64,000 nt of DNA from Raillietiella orientalis (lineage: Eukaryota): NCBI GenBank assembly GCA_036172245.1, contig JAYWIR010000006.1:4340001-4404000 (forward strand). Direction: 5' to 3'. The notes below the pieces were generated by a model. The model was not told where the DNA came from. It saw nothing but the letters and a program-made list of their open reading frames with translations, and searched no databases. Shown here piece after piece: positions 50,669 through 60,851 of the stretch (position 1 is the first letter of the stretch; every line of letters starts with the position of its first letter). The position numbers and the translations under genes are program-made.

Positions 50669-53600
50669 TCAGTGCATGGAGACGTCCTGGTTGGATTCCT
50701 CGGCCTGCAGAAGAGAGAGAGAAAAAAGGAAGGAAATCAACGGAGGGATTCCGGGAGGGAGGGCGGCGCCACCCTCGCCGCCCGCCCCCAACCAAGAGCG
50801 TGGCGCCTTTGCTTACGTTGTTGGACGCACTTCCGGATTCGCTGGCGGACGAGTCGTCGCGCACGTGCGTGTTGAGGTGCCGCTTCATGTCGGAGCGCAC
50901 GCGGAAGGCCTTGCCGCACACGCGGCACGGGTAGGGGCGCTCGCCTGTGTGGATGCGGACGTGGTTGGTGAGGTAGCTGGCGGCCCGGAAGCTCTTGGCG
51001 CAGTGCGGGCAGCGGTAGTCGCGCTCGCCCGTGTGGATGCGGCGGTGCACTACCAGGCTGTACTTGCGAGCGAATGCCTTCCCGCAGAACTCGCACTGGA
51101 ACTGCCTCTCCCCGCTGTGGATGGACACCGTGTGGTACTTCAGATCAGCCCACTGGCGAAACCGCAGGCCGCAGTGAGGGCACGGGAAGGGTTTGTCCCC
51201 CGTGTGCCGGCGCAGGTGCACCTTCAGCGCCCCCGAGGCCAGGAACTTCTTGCCGCACACCTGCAAAAGGACGCAAGCAATAAACGAATGTTCCGGAAGC
51301 CCTGTGAAAGCGGCGTCTCCGAGCAGCCACCTACGAGCCGGAGACGAGGGATCGCAGCTTCCCTCATCCCTGGCTCGGCAGAGATCTCCCCCGCGCGCGC
51401 GCGTCGCGGGACAGACGCGGGTCCAGGAAGGCCCCGCAGCCCGGTTGGCTACGTGAACACCCCGCGCACCGATGTCTTTCCTTCCCGGGTGCTTCCGCTC
51501 CGCGCAGGCGCGCGCCACCTGGCACTTCCTCGAGAGAAGCCTCAACTGACGACCCCCGCGCCGACCTCCCGACGGTACCCACGGGCAGAGGCTTCCCCGA
51601 GCACGCGCGCACGCAAACCCGGGAACCAGGAAAACCACGCGGCCCGTCGGGAGAGGAAACCGGGATTTCTGCGGCTCCCTTCGCAGTCTGGAGCAGCGGG
51701 AAACGAAGAGCCGGCCGCAAAGGATCGAACAAACGGCTGCTGCGGCGGCGGCGATAGGAAGCCCGGAGACGGAAACCTCCACAGAGCAGTCGACCCTCCG
51801 GGTCGACTTCCGGTGCCACACCTCGTTTCCGTGCATCCGCATCACCTCAGTTCACAAGTAAACGCGCACGTGATGTCACACGCTTGCAGGAGAACACGGG
51901 TGGCAGAGGGAAACACTGGACGGAAGACACCCCTGGATGGATACACTTTCGTTTCTGCTTCTTCTCGAGATCCTGGATAAGCAAAGAGATTCCCGAAAAG
52001 ACTGCACCACCACTCCCTCCCTGTTTTCAGAGGGATTCACGGACACCTCTGTTTCTTTCGAATCCCTTGCTCGAGGGATTTGTCCGCCATCCGGTGAACC
52101 AGTGGCAGTCTCTCAGCACCCACTTGAAAGAGGTTTTGCAAGACCATCCGTCCGTCCGTCGAAGACTTCGCCTCAGTTTCCGGGCTATGCCCGCCGCGGA
52201 ATGAGAATGCGATGCTGAACACCTCGCTGCTCATACGGAGCGAAACAAGGCTTCGACTTAACCTGCTAGTTACCCTCCGCCCCCCTCCCTTCCCCAATTC
52301 CTTCCCTCTCTCCTCCTCCTCTTCCTCCTCGACAACCCAACAGTGCGCTCACAGATCCCACAAAGTGCCTCCTCGAGGTTCCACACGAGGTTCGGGCGGA
52401 GACGAACCCGCGAGCAGAAACGAAAGAGTTTCGTCTTTCGTTTCGTCGGTGCACGTGGAACGGCGTCGGACGTCACCGGCTACGACAGAAAATTCCCTCG
52501 TGTGGTGCCACTTCCGGGAGATCCGGGCAGGCAGACAGCGTCCATTTGCAAGGGACCAGTTCGCCGAACGGTCCGATCGGAAGGAACGCCGGCTGGAGAC
52601 TGGTCGCCGGCACTCAGGATTCGCTGCAAGAGGTCGCTCGCCCTCAGCACGGAGTGCCTTGAGGGCGACCCTGCACTAATGAGTCCACGCTCTTCCAGCA
52701 ACAAGAGTGGCAGCACCGGTCGCACTCCCCGCGCTTCGGAACCTCTCCAAGGAGGGAAGGAACTTTCTCGAGGGAACCACAAGAAAATTCGCCGCGTTTC
52801 CCTCGTTGGACGCCCCGGACCGGACTTCCCGATTTCCCTTCCGAGGAGAGCGGGACACTTGGTCCGCACGAGTGATGAATTCTGGATTGGGAGCGCGAGA
52901 ATCGGACAGCTCCCGGCAATCGAGCTCTTCTTTTGCAAATCCCACGGCGCCCCCAGCTGCTGGAGGAAGGCGAATCTCCCATCATTCGGGCGGGTCGCAG
53001 GAAGAAGAAACCAGTGCGTTCCTGGTTTCCCTGGTGACTCGGCACCCCGCATCTAGAGGTCAGCCGGTACCCGGAAAGCAGCCTAACGATCCACCTGACC
53101 TCGTTCGGACTTGAGAACCACCGCGGAAAGCAGCCGCGCGATTTCTTCCGATGCAGAGGTCGCTCCCGCGTGCGACTTGCGCTCGGGAGCGCCCGTTCCG
53201 CGGAATCCACTCCGCGCACCGTTCTTCCACCCACTGCTCGATCACCGCGCCGCCGCTCTTTGGATCCACCTGATGCCTTCACGCGCCCTCCCCAAGCCAT
53301 CTCTGGGACACGGACACGGCAGCACGGAGTGGGGAGAGGGAGGGTTCCAAGTCGGGCCACCTCGTTCTGGCCCCCACACGGGACTCCGGCAGCAGCTCTT
53401 GTCGCTGATGGACACGAAAACGGGAGATGCTTCCCTGCAGCTACCGACATTGCATTCATTTACTCCTTGCATTCACGACGATGACGCGCGGCCGATCCCT
53501 CCGCAGGAATGGAAACGGAAACACCCTACGGCCCACAGAATCCTACAGCCGCTGCTTCCACGCAAGGAGTCCTCCTCGTCTTTAAAGATACACGGGTGAC

Positions 53601-56600
53601 TCCTTCACTTGCTGTTGCTGCTGCATCGGGAGCAGCAAAACCATGCCAGCGCACACAGGCAGGTGGCCTTGCTGCTCCCGATGGTCGCCACCCTCCACTG
53701 AGAATCGCGGGAGAACTACGCCTCACACTTCCTGCTTCGCCGATTTCTACGTGTTCCGTTGTCCTCCAGTTTTGAAGCTGACGGGTCCACGCCCGCGAGT
53801 GGACCGTGAAAAGGAATGAAATCTCCTCTCGCTGACAACCATCCTTCGATGTAAAAATAATCCCTACGGTCACGGCGGACGAGCATGCAAGAAAGCAGCC
53901 GACTTACTGAAGGCATCAGTCGGTGTTTACCATGACAATACGTTGCCCTCATGACTGCTGGTAGCGTTTCCGATCAAACCCAACGCCGCCTACCAATCGT
54001 CAGCCCTTGTAATACATTGTATTACTATCTCGACGAGATGTGCGTTCTCATGTGCAGTTTTTGTTCCGTTTGGACACTGGTCTCCGTGTATAAGAAAGAA
54101 CCCCAGGTTCAGGTGCCAAGCCAAGCGCAGGCAACGTTTTCCGAAATACGGCACGTCCGAATGCCCCACAAAAAGTATAACTGGCAACGCAAGAAACGTT
54201 AAGGAAATTTCGCTTTCGGCGATATGAAAATAGTAGTGTCAAGTTATTAATAAAAAAAAAGAAGAAAAAAAAGAGGATCATTTGGGTCAAACTGGCGGCC
54301 TCTCTCATACCATTTTCGATCACACTTCAAAAAAAACAAGTCCTCAATCTGTAAAGGTGAATTTCACAATATATGCTACACATCCATGGCGACTGGACCT
54401 CTAAACAGCTATGGGAAAATTGTCTTACGTCTTGCACGGAATTCCCCCCTGCCAGGTCCTCGAGTGCCCAGTTGCTCGAGCAACCTGTTCACCTTTTGCT
54501 GGGCGTCCGACCCCATCACTTTTCAAATAACTTTGCAGGCATTTGGCTTGGCACTTGAACCTGGTGTTCCTCTCAAATATGGATATTGGTGCTTTTTCGC
54601 CTGCATCTCAGCAGGTATGCCTTTTCAGATCGATGATCAGCGCGCAAAGAAACATCTTCCAGAAAGCTGTAAAGACCTCCCAAGCAACAGATTACGGTAT
54701 GTTCATATCGAGATTCAATCTTGGAAGTTCAGCTGGGAGATTACAATCCCTAGGATCTCCTACACATGCTTTTCCTGCAGCACAGATGAGAGCTTCACAG
54801 TTTAAAAGACAAGTTAAAAACAAGCAACTTATGTCCAATACTCTAAACGACCAGTTTCGGTAAACATGCACACAGTCTCTCCAGCAGGCTGAGGATTTCT
54901 CTAAACAGCCGGAAGTTCCTTCCATCTCCAACAATCTCCCATTCACATGTTAAATGTAAAGTATGCCTCCTCCTTCGTGGTTCCATCAACCAGAATCAGC
55001 CCGAGTTCATCAGCCGTGTGAAACATAACTTAAAGTTGACCAGCATCGATCCACTATTGTCCACTTGATAACGACTGTCCAATGCAAAATGGCCAACCAA
55101 TTCAACTATTAGTGACCTATACACCGTCTGCTCGCCCTAATAATCTAAAATCGGAATCTTGCGTTTGCATTCACCTTCGAGAATACATCCAGCAGTTAAA
55201 GACTGTTGACGCTTTCATGCAAACTCAAAGTACGCTCCCATTAAATTCAGAGTCCTTTTTGCTCTGCTCAGCAGCAGTAGTTTGCTTTTGTTTGGGCTCA
55301 CTCTTAGGACCTTCTGTAGCAAATGTTCACAGCAGCTTTACCAAAAATGTGCACTTCTGTACGCTCATACTCTTCGGTGGTCAAAGCACCTGAACTTCTA
55401 TGCAGTCAGTCATTTTCTTCAAAAGAATTATTGTGCAATCTTGCATTGTTCTGATTTTTCCTTGCAGCCCCATTTAAGCGAATGTTTGTGCACGAACTCG
55501 AAATTCGGCACATGTTTTATACCTAAAGGAAATCACAACACACAAGCAACTGATTGCTCCATGAATAGATGTCCATGGAATACCTGTCTAACCAACCCTC
55601 ACCACTCCAAGATTCCTACACTGGAAGGCAAAGAAATGCAAGTGAATGACAGACTTGAGGAGTGAAGCTTTCATGTTCCACACCTTTCATTGCATCATTT
55701 CATTGCTAAGAAACTACTTACAACATCAACATTACAGACAGATCCTGGGTCTCACTTTGTATCCATTTTTCCTTTTGTAACTTTGCATAATCGATTATTT
55801 ATAGTTGCAAACCTTATAAGTACACCCATTTACATGGTAAATTTTAATTTTTCATATGTTTACAAACTACATGCACAATCTTAAATTAAGCACACTGTTA
55901 GTCATCGTCTTTCACCTCCATAGAAACAAAAATCTCCCATACCATGAAATCGATTACGGGATTTCACACTACACACATTAGGAATAACATGGAATTCACT
56001 TTACTTTTGGCTATGAGAATCATTCATAAATAATGCACGAAACAAAGGCTTTACTATACTAACAGGAAGTACTATACCAACAAAACACACACATAGTGTA
56101 AAGACTCATTATGTCATGGATTATTCCATGCTTACATCACTATGTGCAGAAAGAGCTCTTAACAAAACATGTATTCACAATTTACACCAATATGCAATTC
56201 AAGCTGTTCTCAAAGAAACTTAAATAAATAAATTGATTTTGTTATTAATTTGAAAGCATTTGCAAACTTCTGAACCAAGGACAATTCACTGAAATTTTGT
56301 GAAAACGTTGTAGTTTTGTGAATACATACTTTGAACTTTGAAGTTTCATTCTCAAATTTTCACATAATTAGCCACACATGAAAGTATCAATTAAATACGC
56401 CTTCGCAAATCCGAATAAAAACGTCTTCTAATTTAGGACTCTTTGAAGAACTACAAAGTGCTTGCTGAAAACCTTATAAGTAAAGTTCTCTTACCTCACA
56501 TTCATGTGGACGATGATTAATATGAGTTCGTAAATGATACATAAGAGAGTTTCGATATGTGAACACTTTGGAGCAAATTTTGCAAGCATGAATTTTCTTA

Positions 56601-58276
56601 GTTCCTAAAAGCATATTGTGGGAACTTTTAATGTGCTTTAACAAATCCTCTTTTTCTGCAAAAGTTTTACTGCATTCCATACAGGCATGAATTTCATCAG
56701 ATTTGTGAGAGAGCTCTTTAGAACTATCGTGGAAAAGATCATTTTCTGTTTCAAAAACATTCGACTCTAGTTTCAAGTTACAAGCAGGTTCATTATTTGC
56801 ATTATTCCCCACACCTGCATTGCTCAAGGAATCATAGGTATGTGGAGAAACTTTACTTATAGTTTGAATAATTGGTGTTTCTGTTGGAGAAACCTCTTCA
56901 TCTAGAACTCGTGGTTTTTTCCTAAATTTAATAGGTTTGTGAGTGTCTGCAATATCCAAGTTATCTCCTTCAGAACTATTGGGTTTCTTATTCTCCAAAA
57001 CTTGCTCAGCTTCATAATGGAGTTTAAGATGGCCAAAAAACTTAATCTGTTCATCAAAAGAAGAATCACATAAATCACAAATGAACCTTTTCGCATCAGA
57101 ATCTTCTTTAGAATTGTCAGAGCAGCTTACAGTCGCATCTTCATTTTTGCTGTCTGAATTGGAGGGCAAAGCCACTTTCCATTTAGGAGGATTTTTTATT
57201 TTTCTTTGTATACGTTTTTTGTGAGGCAAGCTTCCATTCCAATCTTCCTCACAGTCTGGATTTAAATCTTCACTGCCTGCTCCTATATAATCGGGCATAC
57301 AAAATTCTGGAAGAGATTTCTCCTGAAAAAGTTTTTCTGAAAAATCTTGGGTTGATGTCAGCAGTGAACTATCTGCATTAAATGACTGTCCTTTAAACGA
57401 AGTATCAAGATTGTCTTTGATGTTGAAATTCAGTGAATCAACTAGAGAGCCTTCACACAAATACGTATTAATAACACTGGACAATTGGGATTCTGTCTGG
57501 GAATCAAGCAGTTTTCGTTTTTTCGGAACATTAGGTCGGAACAGGGTTTCATGGGAGAGCAGATCACACTTGGCTGCAAACTGCTGGGAATCATTAGATG
57601 AAAAGTATTCTTGCTTATAAGTACGGAAATCTTGTTGCTCCAGAGTATCATTATTAGTACAAGTAACTTGTGCTGAGTCAGAAGGTAAGAAATTCTCTGA
57701 TGATGTGTGCAGCTGATTGCTAAGATCCAGTCCAGTAAACTGGAATGGCATACGAGATGCAATCAGTGCATCAGATACTTCTCGATCCAAATCTTGCAAA
57801 GAGTCTACAGTCAGTTGTTGGGCAGGCACAAAAATGACTTCAGATCCATCAATATCCAACACATAATTCACTTGTTTATGTGGCATCCTCAGATAACAAG
57901 AACGTGGTTTGACACCATACACATCCAGTAAGCCACCATCACAGGGATTGTACACAAAAGAATTGCGCCCTTTACTCCCATAATGCTCTGAACTGATATC
58001 ATAATCCATATCCAATGTTGTTTTCCCAGAGAGTACACTCTGCATATAACTGGCTTCAACTTTACCATCACTGAGGGCCAAAGAATGGAACTCAACATCA
58101 TCAGCTATGTCAGAAGGGAAGAAGTCCTGGGGAGCAGGTAGAGCAAGCATGGAGGAATGTGTCAGGAGAAGAGTCTGATCCACATCTATATGAGATCCAT
58201 AAGTTAAATCATCAGCCAATGAATCCATGGATTCTGCTGTATGCAACAAGATGGCATTATCTGCCAGGCAGGCCAT
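50669..58276 (-). CDS. C2H2 zinc-finger protein, ~753 aa, 8 fingers. Exons 58276-56495, 51260-50817, 50704-50669
   Basis: Exon 1 has three fingers plus HRPHECE| (donor GTAAGA), joining |VCGKKF...HLRRHTGDKPF in phase 0 to rebuild a CxxC. TGE[KR]P-type linkers follow. The last intron is GTAAGC...ctgcag, and there is a minus-strand AATAAA at 50568-50563. Confidence 0.9.
54098..54569. repeat. 27-bp inverted repeat pair (54098-54124 / 54543-54569)
   Basis: gaaccccaggttcaggtgccaagccaa versus the reverse complement of the second arm, gaacaccaggttcaagtgccaagccaa: 25/27 identical. Confidence 0.75.
54600..55500 (-). mobile_element. Highly degenerate Bel/Pao-type LTR-retrotransposon pol (integrase-region) remnant in the ZnF intron
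   Basis: Collinear broken fragments GALTTEEYERTEVHIF, KIPIL..SLIVE, FWL...C...CWRWK, FTETG.L.Y, CLFLTCL and LGGLY. These resemble Pao motifs (LTxEE..AE, PIILP, FWI..C..CRR, PFxxTGxDY, CLFTCL, GGFYE). Many stops and frameshifts. Confidence 0.45.
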
Positions 58277-58383
58277 GCCCTAAGGCAGTGTTTGTGGGTG
58301 GTGCCAGTCTTCTTTGAAGACCCAGCACTAAATGATACAGAAAAAGAATGCTCAGATATTATTAGCTCAAGCCCAACCCATCA

Positions 58384-58436
58384 AACTCGGGAGAGGAGGT
58401 TTGTCAGGCCCCACTGCATCACTGCAGCTCCCTGCT
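58384..58436 (-). ncRNA. Intercistronic structured RNA element B (xrRNA subclass-1b-like three-way junction plus pseudoknot)
   Basis: AGCAGGGA-GCUGCA gUGA UGCAGU-GGGG-CCUGACAAA-CCUC-CUCUCCCG-AGUU; homologous to element A. Confidence 0.6.
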
Positions 58437-58493
58437 CTAAAGACATGCCAGAAGAAATACTGTACAAACTGGTACTATTGGAGAGAAGATACA

Positions 58494-58887
58494 TTACAAA
58501 GGCCATTTCCACTGGTTAGCAGGGGCATCACTCAACAGTGGTTCCCAAGGTTTCCATTTCAGCATACTCCTAGCCAGGATGAGCTCATTCTCTGCTTGCA
58601 AGATAAGCTCTTCAATCTAAAATGCTACTAACAAAAGCAAACAAAATGCCACAGCCCACCTGCCCACCCCCAATGCGATGCTCAATGTGAGCCAAGTTAT
58701 TAGCCTCTTCATTGACAATAGCCTTTCGATGTGAAACCAATTGCTCAGTATGCTGTCTATATGCAGCATCTGCTGGCATCTGCTGTAGTACTCGAAGGAT
58801 TTTATTGTAAACAACATTAAGGGAGGAAACGGGACTATGGGCTACTGCCAGACCTGCCAGTCGCGTTGTTGTTTTTACTGCTACCAT
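58494..58887 (-). CDS. NDUFA5: NADH dehydrogenase 1 alpha subcomplex subunit 5, 116 aa. Exons 58887-58660, 58616-58494
   Basis: [11 protein letters not shown]...[25 protein letters not shown]...[17 protein letters not shown]...WKPWEPL...NQWKWP; 43-bp GT-AG intron. Confidence 0.96.
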
Positions 58888-58926
58888 CTACGGCTGTAAG
58901 TGAGAAAAAGGTTGCTAAGTTCAGCA

Positions 58927-59019
58927 GACTTGGGATAGGGAGGTGCGTCACACCCCACTGGTCAGGGCTGAGCCAGCATGTTCTTCCCTGGCAATAGTTA
59001 TCCCTGACCAGTCCCTGCC
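58927..59019 (-). ncRNA. Intercistronic structured RNA element A (xrRNA subclass-1b-like three-way junction plus pseudoknot)
   Basis: GGCAGGG-ACUGGUCAGGG...CCCUGACCAGU (perfect 11-bp stem)-GGGG-UGUGACGCA-CCUC-CCUAUCCCA-AGUC. Confidence 0.62.
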
Positions 59020-59051
59020 TTGCAGGGAGAAGAGCTCAAGTATCAAACCCT

Positions 59052-60776
59052 TCAAGTTTTTCTTTCCAACTGATAGGCTTTGGTTAGCTGTTGAGCAACC
59101 TCCATGTATTCCCGATGGAACTCATGCAGCTTCTGCAGGGCAAACTGCAGTTCGGCCAGCTTGCTTGTTTCCTGCTGCATATGTGCTCGATTCTTTTCCA
59201 GATTCTGCACTACTTTCTGTAAGACTTGTGTTAAGCCATTCACTAAGTTGTTCCAATTTTTCCTCTCACCATTGCACTCCCTGTGAAAACTGAGGTCATT
59301 TGTATTTAAATGTTATTACTTACTTTTCAAACACTTCAAGAAAAGAGTCCACAAGTGTAAGCTCTCTCTCCTGGCAGCTCTTGACATCACACAAGGTGTT
59401 GTACTGGGAATAGGCTCTTTTGACATAGCGGGTTGTGGCTGCACTCTCTAAAGCAAGCTCATGAAAGCGAAGTCGGTACTGAGTCAGCTCAGCACGACTG
59501 GGGATGGCATCTCGCTGAAGCAACGCGCTTTGCAACTGTTGGGTGAGTGCAGTGTGGAGGTGTTGCTTCTGTTTCAAATCCTGCAAGATTCCCAAGAAGG
59601 CAGAGCCTGTGAAGGCAGTTTGTATTAAGCCTTGCAACTCTTGATGTAGTTGCTGCTCTTCCTGCTTCTGGGTTTGTGAAAGTGCTCTTTCCTGTTTGCA
59701 CAAATTCTCTTGTTCTTGAAGAAGTGCTTGCATTTTCTTTTGATGGGTTTCATCCATCTGACAAATATAGCTCTGCAACTCTTTCATCAGCTTCTGAATG
59801 TTGGCTGTGGCTTTCTGCTGTTCAACTTTCAATTGTTCATATTCTTGTTTAGAAGAAGCTAACTTATTCTGAGCCTCTTTAACTGCTTGATTGCATACTT
59901 CCAGTTGACCTGCCACTGTCCACAGCATAGGAGCATGGCAACTCTAATGGGAATTGAAACACATCCATCACTCAAGGGGGCAAACTGATTACCACAGTGT
60001 CATCTGTTTCCTCCAGAGCATCTGGATGAATGAATGTCTCTACAATATCTTTCTTCAGCACACTAGCAGGTGATTTACATACAAGGAATTCTTCTCCTGA
60101 TGAAGGTTGCACATACAACGAATGCAAGCATTCTCCAAATTCCATCAGGATAGAAGCCACCCAATCCTCCTCTTTCATATTCTGTAATCTTTGAGTGCGA
60201 CGGCACTGTCTTATGTGTAATGTTGGTTCCTTAGAAGCAGTACATGGAACAGAAAAGAATGGCACGTAATCTTTCAGGTGCAACTGCGCACAATGTTTCA
60301 TGAATGCTTCCATCTCTGCATGGCGATCTGTGCTTTTCCTCAAGAGCCACTGAAGAATAAAAACTAAACTTAGAACTTGATGGAAGAGAAGAGGAAAAAA
60401 AAGAGGCACACCTGAACAACAGGGATAATATGAACACAATCCGATCCCTGGATCTGGTGAGGCTCCAAAGAATATGGACATGCAAGTTTTCGTAGCTGCA
60501 GAACCAGTTTCTCCAGGAAAATACTACAGCAAATGGACATTGGATTATTTCAGCTACTCACATTCTTGATCCCAATGAACACTGCTCCTCATATACAAGG
60601 GCAAAATCGAGATCAGCAGCACACAGACTTAAGCACCAACATAATCCACCAGCTACCCTCTCAAACAGGCATAATCCTGGTATGCGAGCACGAAAATAAC
60701 CACCAGCCAAAAGCAGCTGGAGTAATTCCTGCTCATGTTTATCAGCTGGTTCTGCATCTATCGTGCTGGACGTCAT
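59052..60776 (-). CDS. CCDC93: Coiled-coil domain-containing protein 93 (CCC/Commander complex), ~510 aa. Exons 60776-60562, 60523-60412, 60349-59993, 59943-59324, 59280-59052
   Basis: [48 protein letters not shown] and [15 protein letters not shown], with a coiled-coil C-terminal half. Introns are 38-62 bp. Confidence 0.93.
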
Positions 60777-60851
60777 GGCTACCTACGAAACACACACTGA
60801 AAGAAAATGAAGTCACAAAATGGTCACATGCATCCTGTATTCCCACACAAA

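Noticed and set aside
49263..51845. 860-aa minus-strand ORF as a single protein
   Set aside because: Only 51260-50817 is coding (a zinc-finger exon bounded by splice sites); the rest is intron or UTR read-through.
58384..59019. Spacer elements as hammerhead/HDV ribozymes or tRNA-like structures
   Set aside because: There is no CUGAUGA/GAAA core, no HDV nested double-pseudoknot order that I could build, and no T-loop or cloverleaf.
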